Shown here piece after piece: positions 32,189 to 41,333 of a stretch of DNA of 43,252 nucleotides (the first letter of the stretch is position 1; the number at the start of each line of letters is the position of its first letter). The notes beneath the pieces were generated by a model. That model searched no databases, had not been told where the DNA came from, and saw only the letters and a program-made list of their open reading frames with translations. A program made the translations under genes and the position numbers. The DNA comes from a virus, in IMG/VR virus record IMGVR_UViG_3300003155_000004, positions 1 to 43,252 of that record; one strand, given 5' to 3'.

Positions 32189-32601
32189 TTATGGCACAGA
32201 TCACAGTAGTTTACAAGGATTTTGAGGAGATGAAAGCAGTTGCAAGAGAGCTTCTGAAGGATGAACTGAAGGAAAGCCAGGGAGTGGCCGGGCAGAGGCC
32301 GGCTGCGCCTGTAACACCGCCGGCACCGGTTCCTCCTGCACCCGCTGCGGCCCCTGCGGCGCCCACAGCTCCCACGCAGAATGCACCCACAGCTCCAGCA
32401 CCCCCCGCAGTGCCGACTTCTGCACCGAGCTATACGCGAGATGACCTCTCACGGGCCGCGATGACGCTGATGGATAAGGGAATGCAGGCACAGCTACAGC
32501 AGCTGATCCAGAGCTACGGGGTAAACTCCCTGGTTGAGCTCCCCCAGGACCAGTATGGGAACTTTGCGACCGCACTTCGGGGAATGGGGGCTCAGATCTG
32601 A
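32185..32601 (+). CDS. Pro/Ala-rich linker protein of the replication module
   Basis: 138 aa with a central PAAPVTPPAPVPPAPAAAPAAPTAPTQNAPTAPAPPAVP segment. Confidence 0.65.
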   Translation: MIMAQITVVYKDFEEMKAVARELLKDELKESQGVAGQRPAAPVTPPAPVPPAPAAAPAAPTAPTQNAPTAPAPPAVPTSAPSYTRDDLSRAAMTLMDKGMQAQLQQLIQSYGVNSLVELPQDQYGNFATALRGMGAQI

Positions 32602-33782
32602 TGAAACATGAAGAAAGAGACCATGCACTTTTGAGCGCTTCTGGGGCGCACAGGTGGCTACTGTGTACCCCGAGCGCAAAGTTGGAAGAGCAGTTTCCAG
32701 ATACGACGTCCGAAGCTGCAAAGGAAGGGACACTTGCACATGAGCTCGCTGAGCTGAAGGTGAGAAATTATTTCAACCCTGATGAAGTGTCAAAGAGGAA
32801 ACTTACATATGCGGTTAAAAAGCTGAAAGAAAATGAACTATGGCAGGATGAGATGATCACCCATACGGATACATACCTGGATTATATCCGGGATATATCG
32901 GTAAAGCTCCCATCACAGCCAGCGGTAGAGGTTGAAAAACATCTGGACCTCGGGGCATATGTGCCGGAGGGCTTCGGGACAGCGGACTTCATCATGCTCC
33001 AGGGCGGGGATCTATATGTCGTAGATTTCAAATACGGAAAAGGCGTCCCTGTTTCCGCAGAAGAAAACCCTCAGATGATGCTGTACGCCCTGGGAGCCTA
33101 CCGCGCTTATTGTTTCCTGTACCCGATCCGGGATATCCATCTGGCAATCGTACAGCCGCGGCTGGACATCATATCGGAATGGAGTTGTTCGTTGGATGGA
33201 CTGCTTAAGTTCGGCATCTATGTGACAGAGCGAGCATCACTTGCGATCAAAGGAGAGGGAGACTTCTGCCCGGGAGAAAAGCAGTGCAGGTTCTGCAGGG
33301 CGAAACAGCAGTGCCGCGCCCGTGCGGATTATAACGTGCAGATGGCTTTCAGCCCGGACAAAGGGAAACTACCCCCACTCATTACGGCTGCCGAAGCCGG
33401 GGAATACCTCACGCGTGGGGAAGACGTAGAAAAGTGGCTGAAGGACCTGAAAGAATGGGCGTTGGCTGAGTGCCTTGCAGGAAAGAGCGTGCCTGGATGG
33501 AAAGCCGTAGAGGGGCGCGGATCCCGCGATTGGACCGACATGGATGCCGCATTTGACAGGCTGACGAAGTCCGGCGTGACAGAAGAGGCGATGCTGTGGG
33601 AAAAGAAGCCGCCGACACTCGCTCAGGTAGAAAAACTGGTAGGAAAGAAAGACTTCCAGGACGCGGTCGGGGAGTTTGTCGTTAAGAAGCCAGGGAAGCC
33701 GGCCCTGGTAAAAGAATCCGACAAGAGAGAAGCGATCACAAACAAAGTAACCGCCGCAGAGGCGTTTAAGGAGGAGAAATAA
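32601..33782 (+). CDS. PD-(D/E)XK nuclease, DUF2800 / Cas4-like with Cys cluster
   Basis: GTADFIML...LYVVDFKYGKG nuclease core. LLCTPS ... CPGEKQCRFCRAKQQC four-Cys pattern. Confidence 0.8.
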   Translation: MKHEERDHALLSASGAHRWLLCTPSAKLEEQFPDTTSEAAKEGTLAHELAELKVRNYFNPDEVSKRKLTYAVKKLKENELWQDEMITHTDTYLDYIRDISVKLPSQPAVEVEKHLDLGAYVPEGFGTADFIMLQGGDLYVVDFKYGKGVPVSAEENPQMMLYALGAYRAYCFLYPIRDIHLAIVQPRLDIISEWSCSLDGLLKFGIYVTERASLAIKGEGDFCPGEKQCRFCRAKQQCRARADYNVQMAFSPDKGKLPPLITAAEAGEYLTRGEDVEKWLKDLKEWALAECLAGKSVPGWKAVEGRGSRDWTDMDAAFDRLTKSGVTEEAMLWEKKPPTLAQVEKLVGKKDFQDAVGEFVVKKPGKPALVKESDKREAITNKVTAAEAFKEEK

Positions 33783-33783
33783 C

Positions 33784-34452
33784 ATGAGTTTTGGAGATAT
33801 CACAAACGTAACTACAGGAGAAGCGAGATTATCATATGTGCACCTGTTTAAGCCGTATGCGCACCAGCCGGGGGCAGAAGAGAAGTTCAGCTGTACAATC
33901 CTTGTCCCGAAATCAGACACCGCCACAAAGGCGCGGATCGACGCTGCGATCGAAGCGGCAAAGCAGAAGGGGATCTCGGGGAAGTGGAACGGGGTGTGCC
34001 CGCCGATCGTCCCGAATCCCGTGCATGACGGCGACGGCGTGAGACCGTCAGACGGGATGCCTTTTGGGGCGGAGTGTAAGGGGCACTGGGTATTTACCGC
34101 CAACACCAGCGTCGATTATCCCCCGGAAGTCGTGGACCAGAACGGGAACCCGATGATCAACCAGTCTGAGATGTACAGCGGGGTGTACGCCATGGTAAAC
34201 GTAGAGTTCTTTCCGTATATGTTCGGAGGGAAAAAGGGGATTGGGTGCAGTCTCGGACCGGTGAAGAAAGTGAGGGACGGGGAACCTCTCGGAGGCAGTG
34301 CCCCGACTGCAGCGCAGGCTTTTGGCGCACCGCAGCCGGCACCCGAAAAGAGTACGGCGGGGGCTGCTTATCAGTCACAGGGGGCGACACCGCCCTGGAC
34401 TCAGAATCCGATGACAGGGAATATCAATCCGATCACGGGACTCCCGATGTAA
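33784..34452 (+). CDS. DUF2815-family ssDNA-binding protein
   Basis: TGEARLSYVHLFKP N-terminus, with synteny after DUF2800 and before the DNA polymerase. Confidence 0.75.
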   Translation: MSFGDITNVTTGEARLSYVHLFKPYAHQPGAEEKFSCTILVPKSDTATKARIDAAIEAAKQKGISGKWNGVCPPIVPNPVHDGDGVRPSDGMPFGAECKGHWVFTANTSVDYPPEVVDQNGNPMINQSEMYSGVYAMVNVEFFPYMFGGKKGIGCSLGPVKKVRDGEPLGGSAPTAAQAFGAPQPAPEKSTAGAAYQSQGATPPWTQNPMTGNINPITGLPM

Positions 34453-34455
34453 CTT

Positions 34456-34475
34456 AGAGGGGCGAAAGCCCCTCT
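34456..34475 (+). other. perfect 8-bp hairpin with GAAA tetraloop
   Basis: AGAGGGGC-GAAA-GCCCCTCT with no U tract, between the SSB and polymerase genes. Confidence 0.7.
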
Positions 34476-34495
34476 GATAGACTGGAGATGATTTT

Positions 34496-36469
34496 ATGCA
34501 GCACTTAAGCATTGATATAGAGACAAGAAGCAGTGCGGATATTGGCAAGACCGGTCTGTACCGGTATGCACAGGACAAGGATTTCGGGATCCTGCTGTTC
34601 GCGTATAAGCTGGATGGATCTCCTGTTGAGATCGTGGACCTTGAATGCGGGGAAGAGATACCGGATCAGGTTATCCGGTATCTGGAAGACCCATCGGTCA
34701 TAAAGCACGCCTACAATGCAGCGTTTGAATGGTACTGCCTGAACCAGGCAGGATACCGGACGCCGCTGGAACAGTGGAAGTGCACCATGATCCACGGTCT
34801 ATACTGCGGTTATACCGCCGGGCTGGATGCAACAGGCAAAGCGATCGGGCTACCGCAGGATAAACAGAAACTGACGACAGGAAAGGCCCTGATCCGGTAT
34901 TTCTGTGTGCCGTGCAAGCCGACTAAGAGTAATGGCGGACGATCCTGGAACCTTCCGAAACACGCCCCGGAAAAATGGAAACTTTTTAAAGAGTATTGCG
35001 TACAGGACGTTGTCACGGAAAACGAGATCCTCAAACGCCTGAGTGCGTTCCCGGTCCCGGAAGCAGAGGAGAGGCTCTGGCAGATGGACGTCCGGATGAA
35101 CGCATTCGGGGTAAGGGTGGACACCGGGCTTATTTCCGGTGCCCTTGCGATAGACGGGATCAGCACGCGGGAGCTGACAGACGAGGCGGTCGGAATCACA
35201 GGGCTTTCCAATCCGAACAGCACAGGCCAGCTCCTTCAGTGGCTGACGGAACAGGGAGTGCAGATGGATAATCTCCAGAAAGCGACCGTTGAAGAAACCC
35301 TGGGACAGGATACACTCCCCCAAAATGTGCGGCGCATTTTAGAGATACGCCAGCAGTTGGGGAAAACTTCTGTCAAGAAGTATACAGCTATGCAGACTGC
35401 AAAGTGTGAGGACGACAGGATCCGGGGGCTGACCCAGTTTTATGGGGCGAACAGGACCGGACGGTGGGCCGGGCGGCTTGTTCAGTTGCAGAACCTGCCG
35501 AGAAACTATCTGAAAACACTGGATTATGCAAGAAACCTTGTGAAGGCACAGAACTATGAGGGAATCCGGCTGCTGTACGGCAATGTGCCGGATACGCTTT
35601 CCCAGCTGATCCGTACCGCGTTTATCCCGTCAGAAGGGCATAAATTCGTAGTGGCAGACTTTTCTGCTATTGAGGCGAGGGTGATCGCCTGGCTTGCCGG
35701 GGAGCAGTGGGTGAACGAGGTTTTCGCCACCCACGGGAAGATCTATGAGGCGACCGCATCGCAGATGTTCCATGTCCCGATCGAGAAGATCGTGAAGGGC
35801 AGCCCGGAATACAGCCTGCGCCAGAAAGGGAAGGTTGCCACCCTTGCCCTGGGATACCAGGGCGGCACGTCTGCACTGATCGCGATGGGCGCCCTGAACA
35901 TGGGGCTTACAGAAGAGGAACTGCCCGATATCGTAGCCCGGTGGCGGAACGCAAACCCGCGGATCCGGGATCTGTGGTACGCAGTGGAGGGGACTGCACT
36001 TGCTGCTATGACGACAGCAGAGCCACAGGCTATGCGCGGGCTGATCTTCCGCCTGGAAGGGGACCTGCTGTACGGGCAGTCTTTCCTGACTGTGCAACTG
36101 CCGAGCGGGCGGAAGCTGTTTTACCCGAAGCCTTTCCTGCAGGAGAACAGGTTTGGCAGGATGGCGATCCACTATTACACGGTTGGACAGCAGACCCGGA
36201 AATGGGAAGTGGATTCCACTTATGGCGGGAAGATGACGGAAAACATCGTCCAGGCGATCGCAAGGGACTGCCTGGCAGAAACACTCAGGAGGATCGACCG
36301 CCTCGGGCTGCAGGTAGTGTTCCATGTACATGATGAGGTGATCATCGATGCACCTGCGGACGTGACAGTAGATCAGATCTGCAGTCTGATGGCCGAGCCG
36401 ATCCCGTGGGCCCCGGGCCTGATCCTGAAAGGCGCGGGATTTGAAAGTAATTATTATATGAAAGATTAG
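34496..36469 (+). CDS. family A DNA polymerase with 3'-5' exonuclease domain
   Basis: LSIDIETRS (Exo I), VADFSAIEARVIAWL (motif A), RQKGKVATLALGYQGG (motif B), HVHDEVII (motif C). Confidence 0.92.
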   Translation: MQHLSIDIETRSSADIGKTGLYRYAQDKDFGILLFAYKLDGSPVEIVDLECGEEIPDQVIRYLEDPSVIKHAYNAAFEWYCLNQAGYRTPLEQWKCTMIHGLYCGYTAGLDATGKAIGLPQDKQKLTTGKALIRYFCVPCKPTKSNGGRSWNLPKHAPEKWKLFKEYCVQDVVTENEILKRLSAFPVPEAEERLWQMDVRMNAFGVRVDTGLISGALAIDGISTRELTDEAVGITGLSNPNSTGQLLQWLTEQGVQMDNLQKATVEETLGQDTLPQNVRRILEIRQQLGKTSVKKYTAMQTAKCEDDRIRGLTQFYGANRTGRWAGRLVQLQNLPRNYLKTLDYARNLVKAQNYEGIRLLYGNVPDTLSQLIRTAFIPSEGHKFVVADFSAIEARVIAWLAGEQWVNEVFATHGKIYEATASQMFHVPIEKIVKGSPEYSLRQKGKVATLALGYQGGTSALIAMGALNMGLTEEELPDIVARWRNANPRIRDLWYAVEGTALAAMTTAEPQAMRGLIFRLEGDLLYGQSFLTVQLPSGRKLFYPKPFLQENRFGRMAIHYYTVGQQTRKWEVDSTYGGKMTENIVQAIARDCLAETLRRIDRLGLQVVFHVHDEVIIDAPADVTVDQICSLMAEPIPWAPGLILKGAGFESNYYMKD

Positions 36470-36479
36470 GAGAGCGGGC

Positions 36480-38888
36480 ATGCAGTATAACCGGAAATTA
36501 ATGATCAGCACAGCGGGAAGCCGAAAGGCGACTTACTGGCCGAAAAGCGAGATCATGTGGTCCGACTTCGCTGAAAAACTAAAAACGCCGGTACAGAGCC
36601 CGGAGACAATGGAGCAGTACCTGTCCATGCCGAAGAACCGACAGTCGGAATTAAAGGACGTGGGCGGGTTCGTAGGCGGAACGTTCACAAACGACCGGAG
36701 AAAAAGCGTCTATATCCAGGGCAGGGATCTCCTGACCCTTGATCTGGATAATATCCCGGCAGGACAGACAGGAGATCTCCTGAAGCGTGTGTCCGGACTG
36801 GGATGTGCCGCTGCAGTATACAGTACCAGGAAGCATACAGGGTATTCCCCGCGGCTCCGTGTCATCCTGCCGTTAGACAGGACTGCAACCGCAGATGAAT
36901 ATGAGCCCGCGGCGAGAAAGGCGGCGTCCCTGATCGGGATGGAATACTGCGACCCGACGACATTTGACCCCTGCCGGCTGATGTACTGGCCAAGTGTCTG
37001 CTGCGATGGGGAATACATATATGAGGTCTATGACAACCCATTCTGCAGCCTTGACGGACTGCTTGCTATGTACGGTGACTGGAGGAATGTGGAGGAGTGG
37101 CCACAGGTTCCCGGTTCGGATGCGGTCCAGCGGCGCCGCGTGGCGAAACAGGAAGACCCTACCTCAAAGCGAGGGATCATCGGGGCTTTCTGCAGGACTT
37201 ATACGGTTTCCCAGGCAATGGATAAATTCATCCCCGGGATGTATGAACCTACTGACATCCCCGGGAGATATACCTATACCGGGGGATCCACGACCGGCGG
37301 AGCAATCGTGTATGACGGAGACATGTTCCTGTATTCACACCACGCGACAGACCCGTGTTCCGGGCAGCTGGTCAATGCGTTCGACCTGATCCGGCTGCAT
37401 ATGTTCGGGGACAGGGACCATGAGTCAAAGGAAGGGACTCCGGTAAATAAGCTCCCATCATATGTAGCTATGAGCCGGCTTGCCAGCGAGGATAAAAACG
37501 TGTCCGGGCTGCTTGCAAAAGAGCGGATCGAACAGGCAAAAGAAGTATTCGGGATCAGCCAGCAGGAAACCGGACAGGAAGAGGATACAGACTGGGTGCT
37601 GAGGCTTACGAGGGATGGTAACGGGCGTGTGGAAAAGACGATTGCGAACGTGACGCTTGTACTGGAAAATGACCCTCTTTTAAAAGGGAAGATCGTGACG
37701 GATGAATTTGCTTCCTGCGGGATGACTACCGGCGGACTCCCGTGGGACCTCCACAGTGGCAAGCGCAGGTGGAAAGATGTGGACTATGCGGGATATTACA
37801 GATACATGGAGACATTCTACGGGCTGACTGGGCGTGAGAAACTGGACAACGGGCTCCTGATCGTGAGCAGCCAGAATAGGATCAATGACGTGAGGGAATA
37901 TCTCCAGGGACTGAAATGGGACGGCGTGAAGCGCGTGGACCGGCTCCTGCAGGATTATCTGGGCGCGGAAGACAACGCATACACCCGGGCGGTCATGCGG
38001 AAATCCCTGTGCGCAGCTGTGGCCCGGGCAGTAGAGGGCGGCGTGAAATACGACTACATGCCGATCTTTACAGGGCCGCAGGGGATCGGGAAGAGCACCT
38101 TCCTGTCCATCCTGGGGAAAGACTGGTTCTCGGACTCCCTCACGACATTTGAGGGGAAAGAAGCAGCAGAATTGATCCAGGGGACATGGATCAATGAGGT
38201 GGGCGAGCTGACGGCGATGACGAAACAGGAGACGTCTGCTGTAAAGCAGTTCCTGAGCAAGACCCATGACATCTACCGGGCGGCATATGGGCGCACAACG
38301 AACAAATACCCGCGCCGGTGCGTGTTCTTCGGAACGTCCAACGACAGTGAGTTCCTGAAAGACTCTACCGGGAACCGGAGGTTCTGGCCGGTGGATGTGG
38401 GGCTGCACAGGGCGAAGAAATCCGTGTGGAACGACCTGCCCGGTGAGGTGGACCAGGTCTGGGCGGAAGCATACTGCTACTGGATGCTGGGGGAGCCCCT
38501 GTATCTCCCAAAAGAGGTGGAGAAGCTGGCAGAGGAGCAGCAGGAGAACCACAGGGAGGCTTATGCCAAGGAGGGCGTGATCCGGGAATTCCTGGACCGT
38601 GAGATCCCACAGGACTGGAATACGATGACACTGATGCAGCGTCGGCAGTTCTACCAGGGATCCCTCCATCTCCCGGAGGGGTCGGTGTTGGTCCCCAGGG
38701 AAAAGGTATGCGCGGCAGAGATCTGGCAGGAATGCTTCGGGAGCGACCTGAAGTATATGACAAAGCGGGACAGCATGGAGATCAACAGCATCATGCAGTG
38801 CATTCCGGGATGGAGAAGGAACAGGTCTTCACAGAGATATGGGTTCTACGGGACACAGAGAGGGTTCGAAAGGGTGTCAACAACTTAA
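36480..38888 (+). CDS. primase-helicase, VirE-family P-loop NTPase with an N-terminal prim-pol-like domain
   Basis: 802 aa. Walker A is FTGPQGIGKST. The VirE-type C-terminal half and synteny support the call. Confidence 0.85.
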   Translation: MQYNRKLMISTAGSRKATYWPKSEIMWSDFAEKLKTPVQSPETMEQYLSMPKNRQSELKDVGGFVGGTFTNDRRKSVYIQGRDLLTLDLDNIPAGQTGDLLKRVSGLGCAAAVYSTRKHTGYSPRLRVILPLDRTATADEYEPAARKAASLIGMEYCDPTTFDPCRLMYWPSVCCDGEYIYEVYDNPFCSLDGLLAMYGDWRNVEEWPQVPGSDAVQRRRVAKQEDPTSKRGIIGAFCRTYTVSQAMDKFIPGMYEPTDIPGRYTYTGGSTTGGAIVYDGDMFLYSHHATDPCSGQLVNAFDLIRLHMFGDRDHESKEGTPVNKLPSYVAMSRLASEDKNVSGLLAKERIEQAKEVFGISQQETGQEEDTDWVLRLTRDGNGRVEKTIANVTLVLENDPLLKGKIVTDEFASCGMTTGGLPWDLHSGKRRWKDVDYAGYYRYMETFYGLTGREKLDNGLLIVSSQNRINDVREYLQGLKWDGVKRVDRLLQDYLGAEDNAYTRAVMRKSLCAAVARAVEGGVKYDYMPIFTGPQGIGKSTFLSILGKDWFSDSLTTFEGKEAAELIQGTWINEVGELTAMTKQETSAVKQFLSKTHDIYRAAYGRTTNKYPRRCVFFGTSNDSEFLKDSTGNRRFWPVDVGLHRAKKSVWNDLPGEVDQVWAEAYCYWMLGEPLYLPKEVEKLAEEQQENHREAYAKEGVIREFLDREIPQDWNTMTLMQRRQFYQGSLHLPEGSVLVPREKVCAAEIWQECFGSDLKYMTKRDSMEINSIMQCIPGWRRNRSSQRYGFYGTQRGFERVSTT

Positions 38889-39047
38889 GCCGACAAAGTG
38901 CGGACGCGTCGACAAAGCAGGGTGTTTTGTCAACAAAACCGGGAAAAATCGAGTTTGTTCACAAGTTGACAGGAATGTTGCGGAGACGTTAACACGGAAA
39001 ACCCAGTAAATACGCTGTTTTCTATAATATGTCAACAATGTCAACAA
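38875..39047. repeat. iteron array TGTCAACAA (4 direct copies, 2 abutting) plus an inverted partial copy and CGACAAAG x2
   Basis: Direct copies at 38875, 38928, 39030 and 39039. GTTGACA at 38965..38971. CGACAAAG at 38891 and 38910. Confidence 0.8.
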
Positions 39048-39127
39048 ACTTTACATAGAAAGAAAAAATATAATACCTAGGTAATAAATATATACCGCCT
39101 AATATTACCTACGTGACCTAATACGGG

Positions 39128-39158
39128 GTATATATACGCGTGCGTGCGTGCGCGCGCG
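39128..39158. other. 31-nt perfectly alternating purine-pyrimidine tract (Z-DNA-prone)
   Basis: GTATATATACGCGTGCGTGCGTGCGCGCGCG, ending about 11 nt before the VRR-NUC RBS. Confidence 0.9.
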
Positions 39159-39185
39159 GGTGGGATCGTAAAGGAGGCGCAAGGA

Positions 39186-39473
39186 ATGCTGGAGAAAGAG
39201 ATAGAAAAAATTTTGGTAGCAGGGGTGAAGAAGTTAGGTGGCAGGGCTTACAAGTGGACCAGCCCTGGAAACGACGGGGTGCCGGATCGGATCGTAATCC
39301 TTCCCGGAAGGCCACCAGTGTTCGTGGAGCTAAAGACGGAGAGTGGCCGGCTGTCATCTTTGCAGCGTGTCCAGTGTAAGAGACTTAAGGAGCTGGGGCA
39401 GGAAGTAAAGGTGCTGTACGGGGAAAAAGCGGTGAGGGATTTTTTAGAGGAGTGTCAGGAAGATGGAGTTTAA
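39186..39473 (+). CDS. VRR-NUC domain nuclease
   Basis: ATG after AAAGGAGG. GVPDRIVILPGRPPVFVELKTESGRLSSLQ is the VRR-NUC D...ExK...Q pattern. Confidence 0.85.
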   Translation: MLEKEIEKILVAGVKKLGGRAYKWTSPGNDGVPDRIVILPGRPPVFVELKTESGRLSSLQRVQCKRLKELGQEVKVLYGEKAVRDFLEECQEDGV

Positions 39474-40857
39474 ACCACATACCTATCAGGCGCACTGCAT
39501 CCAGAAGATCGAGGAAATCCCAAAGTTAGGTCTATTCCTGGATATGGGATTGGGCAAGACAGTGACTACGCTGACAGCAATCAAAGACTTGAAGTATAAC
39601 CGGTTCGAAGTCAGGAAGGTGCTAGTGATCGCCCCAAAGAAGGTGGCAGAAGGAACCTGGACGAAGGAAAAGGACAAGTGGGACCATACGAAAATGCTTC
39701 GGGTTTCCCAGGTGCTTGGGAGCCAGGCGAAACGGATCCGGGCCCTGAACACGCCGGCGGACCTGTATATCATCAACCGGGAGAATGTGGTGTGGCTGGT
39801 GGATTATTACCGGAATAGCTGGCCCTTTGACATGGTGGTCGTGGATGAGAGCAGCAGTTTCAAGAGTCACAAGGCAAAAAGGTTCAAGGCGCTTTCCAGT
39901 GTGGGACCGCATATAAACCGGCTGGTGGAGTTGACGGGAACGCCGTCACCGAACGGCCTCGATGACCTGTGGGCGCAGCTGTACCTGTTGGACGGAGGCG
40001 AGCGTCTGGGGAAACGGTATACCCAGTTCCGGGAACGGTATTTCCAGCCGGACAGGCGCGGGGCAGACGGTATGATTTACAGCTATGAGGCGAAGCCGGG
40101 CACCGAAGAGAGCATCCTACGGAAGATATCGGATATCTGCATCTCCATGAAGGCGGAGGATTACCTGGAACTTCCGGAGATCACATTTCACCAGATCCCA
40201 GTCGTGTTGGACGCGAAGGCAGAGAAAGCGTACCGGGAACTTGAACGCAAGATGGTACTTGAGCTTCCTGGGGATGAAGAGGAGATCAGCGTTGCAAGCG
40301 CCGCGGCACTGAGCAATAAGCTGCTGCAGCTTGCGAACGGCGCGATCTATGACGACGACCGGAACGTCCATGAAGTCCATAACTGCAAGATTGAGGCGTT
40401 CCTGGAGCTGATCGAGTCCCTGCAGGGAAAACCGGCATTAGTATTTTACAACTACCAGCATGACCGGGAACGGATCCTGCAGGCACTGGAAAAGTCAAAG
40501 CTGCGGATCCGGGAGCTGAGGAACACACAGGACGAGGATGACTGGAACGCAGGCAGGATCGATATCCTGCTTACACACCCTGCCAGCAGCGCCTACGGCC
40601 TGAACCTGCAGCAGGGCGGGAACCATGTCATCTGGTTCGGGCTGACTTGGAATTACGAGCTATATACTCAGGCAAACAAAAGGCTGCATCGGCAGGGACA
40701 GACCGAGAGGGTGATCATCCACCATCTTGTGTGCGAGGGGACGCGGGATGAGGATGTGATGCAGGCATTGGAGAGAAAAGACGGCGTCCAGGAGTGGGTG
40801 ATGCAGAGCCTGAAAGCAAGGATCAAAGCTGTTAAGGAGGGAAAATATCTTGGCTGA
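39463..40857 (+). CDS. SNF2-family helicase
   Basis: LDMGLGKT (motif I), VVVDESSSFK (motif II), and a C-terminal helicase domain with HRQGQ. Confidence 0.9.
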   Translation: MEFKPHTYQAHCIQKIEEIPKLGLFLDMGLGKTVTTLTAIKDLKYNRFEVRKVLVIAPKKVAEGTWTKEKDKWDHTKMLRVSQVLGSQAKRIRALNTPADLYIINRENVVWLVDYYRNSWPFDMVVVDESSSFKSHKAKRFKALSSVGPHINRLVELTGTPSPNGLDDLWAQLYLLDGGERLGKRYTQFRERYFQPDRRGADGMIYSYEAKPGTEESILRKISDICISMKAEDYLELPEITFHQIPVVLDAKAEKAYRELERKMVLELPGDEEEISVASAAALSNKLLQLANGAIYDDDRNVHEVHNCKIEAFLELIESLQGKPALVFYNYQHDRERILQALEKSKLRIRELRNTQDEDDWNAGRIDILLTHPASSAYGLNLQQGGNHVIWFGLTWNYELYTQANKRLHRQGQTERVIIHHLVCEGTRDEDVMQALERKDGVQEWVMQSLKARIKAVKEGKYLG

Positions 40858-41050
40858 GAAAAAGGCAAAGGGCATGACAGATAAAGCGAAAAAAAAGATA
40901 ATAGCAAACCACAGAAGCCCGGTAATATGCCCGGGATGCGGAAAGGTGATTGCGGAGAAAGAGGATTTGGGCAAGGTTGAGTATGTGAGGACAAAAAGAG
41001 CGACGGATGTATTTTTCCATACGGCGTGTATGGAGAAAGTGTGGAGGTGA
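40850..41050 (+). CDS. small zinc-ribbon protein
   Basis: TTG start 9 nt after AAGGAGGG. CPGCGK ... HTAC. Confidence 0.55.
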   Translation: MAEKKAKGMTDKAKKKIIANHRSPVICPGCGKVIAEKEDLGKVEYVRTKRATDVFFHTACMEKVWR

Positions 41051-41056
41051 GAATAA

Positions 41057-41332
41057 GTGTTTACAGGAGTAAGTTTTGAACAGGCTATTGAGTACTGGAA
41101 GAAAGGCAGGGAAGTGATCGTCTTAGATCGTACAGTAAAGTCTCCGGCTGGAGGTTATGAAACCTATTCGTTAGACGAACTTTTTAAAAATCTTGAGTTG
41201 CTGGTTGATGTGCCGGCAGTGGAGAATCCAGAGTTTGGCCAAGCTGTTGCGGAAATGGTTGGTCAGAAGCAGGAAGAAACCTCCGGGGAGAAAAGCAGTA
41301 CCCCCCCCCCCAACGGGGCCGGAGGTGAGTGA
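41057..41332 (+). CDS. hypothetical protein ending in the poly-C-encoded PPP
   Basis: GTG start. 91 codons. Confidence 0.55.
   Translation: MFTGVSFEQAIEYWKKGREVIVLDRTVKSPAGGYETYSLDELFKNLELLVDVPAVENPEFGQAVAEMVGQKQEETSGEKSSTPPPNGAGGE
41301..41311. repeat. C11 homopolymer
   Basis: Eleven consecutive C read directly, located in the 3' end of 41057..41332. Confidence 0.95.
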
Positions 41333-41333
41333 G

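Noticed and set aside
37680-38669. Long antisense ORFs opposite the primase-helicase, DNA polymerase, capsid and tail genes (329 aa at 37680..38669; also 35630..36511, 7664..8641, 9538..10452, 33369..34106 and 4059..4781).
   Set aside because: Each lies entirely inside a well-supported plus-strand gene with recognisable motifs. They lack RBSs and have low-complexity Arg/Pro/Ser-rich translations typical of shadow frames.
39140-39379. ORFs starting inside the alternating CG/TG tract (39140..39379 and ORF-track start 39144), and the minus-strand ORF 39118..39357.
   Set aside because: The VRR-NUC gene has a clear RBS and ATG at 39186. The upstream extension is just the translated GC tract, and the other frames are Arg/Gly-rich shadows.
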